Position numbers and translations under genes: made by a program
Origin: Malacoraja senta
Lineage: Eukaryota
DNA: 64,000 bases
Reading direction: 5' to 3'
Assembly (NCBI GenBank): GCA_038087875.1
Contig: CM075988.1
Coordinates: 19,966,001-20,030,000 of the forward strand
The notes under the pieces: generated by a model
What the model was told of the DNA's origin: nothing
Seen by the model: only the letters and a program-made list of their open reading frames with translations
Database searches by the model: none
Shown: positions 61,415 to 64,000 of the stretch, in pieces
Layout: every line of letters begins with the position of its first letter
Numbering within the stretch: the first letter of the stretch is position 1

Positions 61415-62680
61415 TGGAAACAAGAGACTGCAGATTCTAAAATCTGTAGCAAAAAAAGGAGAGCAGCTGGAGGAACACTGTAGGTCAGGCAGCATCTGAA
61501 AGCAAGGAAATGGACAATCGACAATTTAGGTTATGACCATCTAGAGCAAAAGAGTAAAGGGGAAGTAGCCAGTATAATGACTTGGAGGGAGAGATGATTG
61601 GTAAATAATGATTAGAAGGGAGAGGTATGGGTGAAATAGAGCAACAGTGGTGAAAGCTGCAGATTCAGGAATCTGATAGGAATGGGAGGGGAAGAATGGA
61701 AGTTAATGAAGGGTGATGACAGATGGGAACAACAGAGGGAGAGGAGGGTGAAAGGTAAGAAATAAGGGTCTAGAAATAAGCATCTAGTGGCCGGTGTGGG
61801 GGAGGGAGAATAAAACCTGTTTTATTTGGAGTCTGGGTGGAGAGGGTAATAAGGTGGTGTGACAGAGGACCAAGATAAACTGGAGAAGAGGGTAAAGGAC
61901 AGAGGGGATGCAGGTTAGCTGAAACTGGAGAATTCAAAGGTCATGCTTCATGTTGAAGCCAACCCAGGCTGAATATGAGGTGCTTGTTACTCGGGTTTGA
62001 GTGTGGCAATGGAGGAAGCCAAGGACGTATATGTCAGGAAAGAACTGTTGTGAAAACGTCACCTATTCCTTCTCTCCAGAGAAGTTGCCCGTCCCGCTGT
62101 CACTCCAGCATTTTGCGTCTATCTTCGACGTATATGTCAGCGTGGGAGTGGGACGGGGAACTAAAATGGCTGGCAACCAGATCTAGATGGCCACAGCGGA
62201 CAGAACACAGCTTTTGGCAAAGCAATCACCAAGTCTGCATTTGACTCACCAGTGCACAGGAAGCCTCATTGGAAGCACCAAATGCAATAGACGAGGTTGG
62301 AGGAGGTACATGTGGATCTCCGTCTCACCTGGATGGCATGTTTAAGTCCCTGAATGGAGGTGATGAAGAAGGTGTTACACCTTCTATAGTTGCAGGGGAA
62401 AGTGCCTGGGGAAGGACAGATAGGGAGAGACGAGTGAGCAAGGAAATCTTGGAGATTTCCACCAGGGAAAGCAGAAAGGGCTGGGGAGGGAAAGTTGAGT
62501 TCATGTTGTATCTTGTGAAAATGTCAAGGAATTATGCACTGAATATGGAGGCTGGCGAGGTGAAAGGTAAGAATGAAGAGAATGCTACTGCAGCTCTGTC
62601 TGGGAGAAGTGAGGTGAGAACAGAAGAGCGGGAAATAGAGGAGATACATGTGTGGGTTTGGTCAAACACAGTGGGGGATA
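61415..62680 (-). mobile_element. Old Penelope-like element 3' portion (terminal module, UTR, GIY-YIG relic)
   Basis: GAGACTGCAGAT..GGTCAGGCAGCATCTG end, purine-rich UTR, GGAGAATTCAA..GAATATGAGGTG (reverse of the HLIF..EFS motif). Confidence 0.65.
62038..62126 (+). mobile_element. Short PLE terminal module nested in the older PLE, 14-bp TSD GACGTATATGTCAG
   Basis: TSD at 62024-62037 and 62127-62140. Confidence 0.8.
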
Positions 62681-63035
62681 GACCTGAAAAAGGAGTACCT
62701 TGTGCCTCAGATGCTACTAAAGTTTCTGAATGTGTGTTGAATATGTATGAGGTCCTTTCAGAACTGAGTGTACCACATGGTTTGAATTTGATATAATGAT
62801 GTACCAGCCACTGATGTAGTGAGCTTTCTGCCTTAGTAAGAAATAACACAAAAACCCCATTAGACATTATAGTTGACAGCACTGATCCATTGCTGAAATA
62901 GTTCTTGCCAACATCCATAGGGTGCATCTGTGCTAGCTGCATATAATTTCTTGGCAAACAGCTTAAGGGAACTTTATCATGAAGGACCTTCAATTCTTGT
63001 GTACGTTATCATGAAGACAGATGAGAAATGCTAAA

Positions 63036-63217
63036 GGTAGACACAAAATGCTGGAGTAACTCAGCGGGTGAGGCAGCATCTCTGGAGAGAAGGAATGGGC
63101 GACGTTTCGAGTCGAGACACTTCCTTCTCTCCAGAGATGCTGCCTCACCTGCTGAGTTACTCCAGCAATTTGTGTCTACCTTTGATTTTAACCAGCATCT
63201 GCAGTCCCTTCTTACAC
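63036..63217. mobile_element. Palindromic PLE terminal-module element, 15-bp TSD ATGAGAAATGCTAAA
   Basis: TSD at 63021-63035 and 63218-63232. Arms GGTAGACACAAAATGCTGGAGTAACTCAGCGGGTGAGGCAGCATCTCTGGAGAGAAGGAA and its reverse complement. Confidence 0.85.
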
Positions 63218-63314
63218 ATGAGAAATGCTAAATATACAGCAACTGCTGGGTTCATAAAGGATAAATAAAATTAATAACATAATTAATCCTTAGAAATGTG
63301 TTTTAAGCATAAGT

Positions 63315-63905
63315 GGGTGGCGCCAGCAAAGGCTGCCTCGCCAATAGTCTGTCTGTCCCTTTCTTTCTTTGTGTTTTAATAGTATGTGCTAAATGTTGGG
63401 TTTTTTTGTGTTTTTTAGCTTGTTTTATGTGGGGGGTGGGGGGGGGAGGGGTAGGGGAAACTTTTTCTAACCTCTTACCTTGACGGAGATGCGATTATTT
63501 TTCCATATCGTATCTGCGTCCGCACTGTGGCCTAACTACAAACTTCGGGAACTACAAACCGCAGGAGCTTCGACCACCCCCACACAGGAGTTTCGATCGC
63601 CATGACGCGGGAGCTTCGACCTTCCCGACACGGGAGCTTTGATCGCTTCGACCGCTGGCTGAAGGAGCTTCAATCACCCCGAAGGATGGTTCGATTGCCC
63701 AGACTGTGGGAGAATAGAAGAGGATTGGATTTTTTTGCCTTCCATCACAGTGAGGAATGTGGGGAATCCACTGAGATGGATGTCTATGTTAACTTTTATG
63801 TAGTTATGTGTCTTGTTTTCTTTTCCGTATGGCTGTATGGTAATTCGCATATCACTGCACCTTAATTGGTAAATGTGACAATAAAAGACCTTTGAAACCT
63901 TTGAA
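63315..63905 (+). mobile_element. Non-coding retroposon with internal ~23-bp tandem repeats and a Rex1/Babar-like 3' end
   Basis: Repeated GGAGCTTCGA(C/T)C units at 63563-63700. 3' end ATCACTGCACCTTAATTGGTAAATGTGACAATAAA and (ACCTTTGAA)2. Confidence 0.55.
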
Positions 63906-64000
63906 GGAAGTAGAGGCGTTGGTGGGTCTTCTTGGTCGTTGCTTCAATATGGATGGCCCAGGAAAAGTTGTTGGTGATATTGACTCTGAGGAATTTGAAT
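63903..64000 (-). mobile_element. Rex1/Babar RT fragment running off the window end
   Basis: Minus strand translates FKFLRVNITNNFSWAIHIEATTKKTHQRLYFL. Confidence 0.8.

Overview
Vertebrate genomic DNA, almost certainly from a cartilaginous fish and probably a skate or ray. This is inferred from the repeat content: HE1/V-SINE-like SINEs, elasmobranch-type CR1 LINEs and DeuSINE-like relics. I recognise no host protein-coding exon, so the window reads as a large intron or gene desert. Mobile elements seen: a near full-length CR1 LINE (zinc-finger/SGNH-esterase ORF1 plus EN-RT ORF2, ~14.7-18.8 kb), a 5'-truncated L1-clade LINE with TSD (33.2-37.0 kb), many CR1, Rex1/Babar and L2 fragments, a PIF/Harbinger MITE, Tc1 relics and a probable non-autonomous Helitron. 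There are also many short Penelope-like (PLE) terminal modules carrying a minimal hammerhead-ribozyme-like core, several inserted alone or as inverted pairs with 7-15 bp TSDs. A 3,317-bp identical duplication flanks a 200-N gap and is most likely an assembly artefact. The unique sequence holds three same-strand CTCF-like motifs and several TAAT/Sox/Pbx-rich blocks resembling conserved non-coding elements. All family calls come from motif recognition by eye, not database searches.
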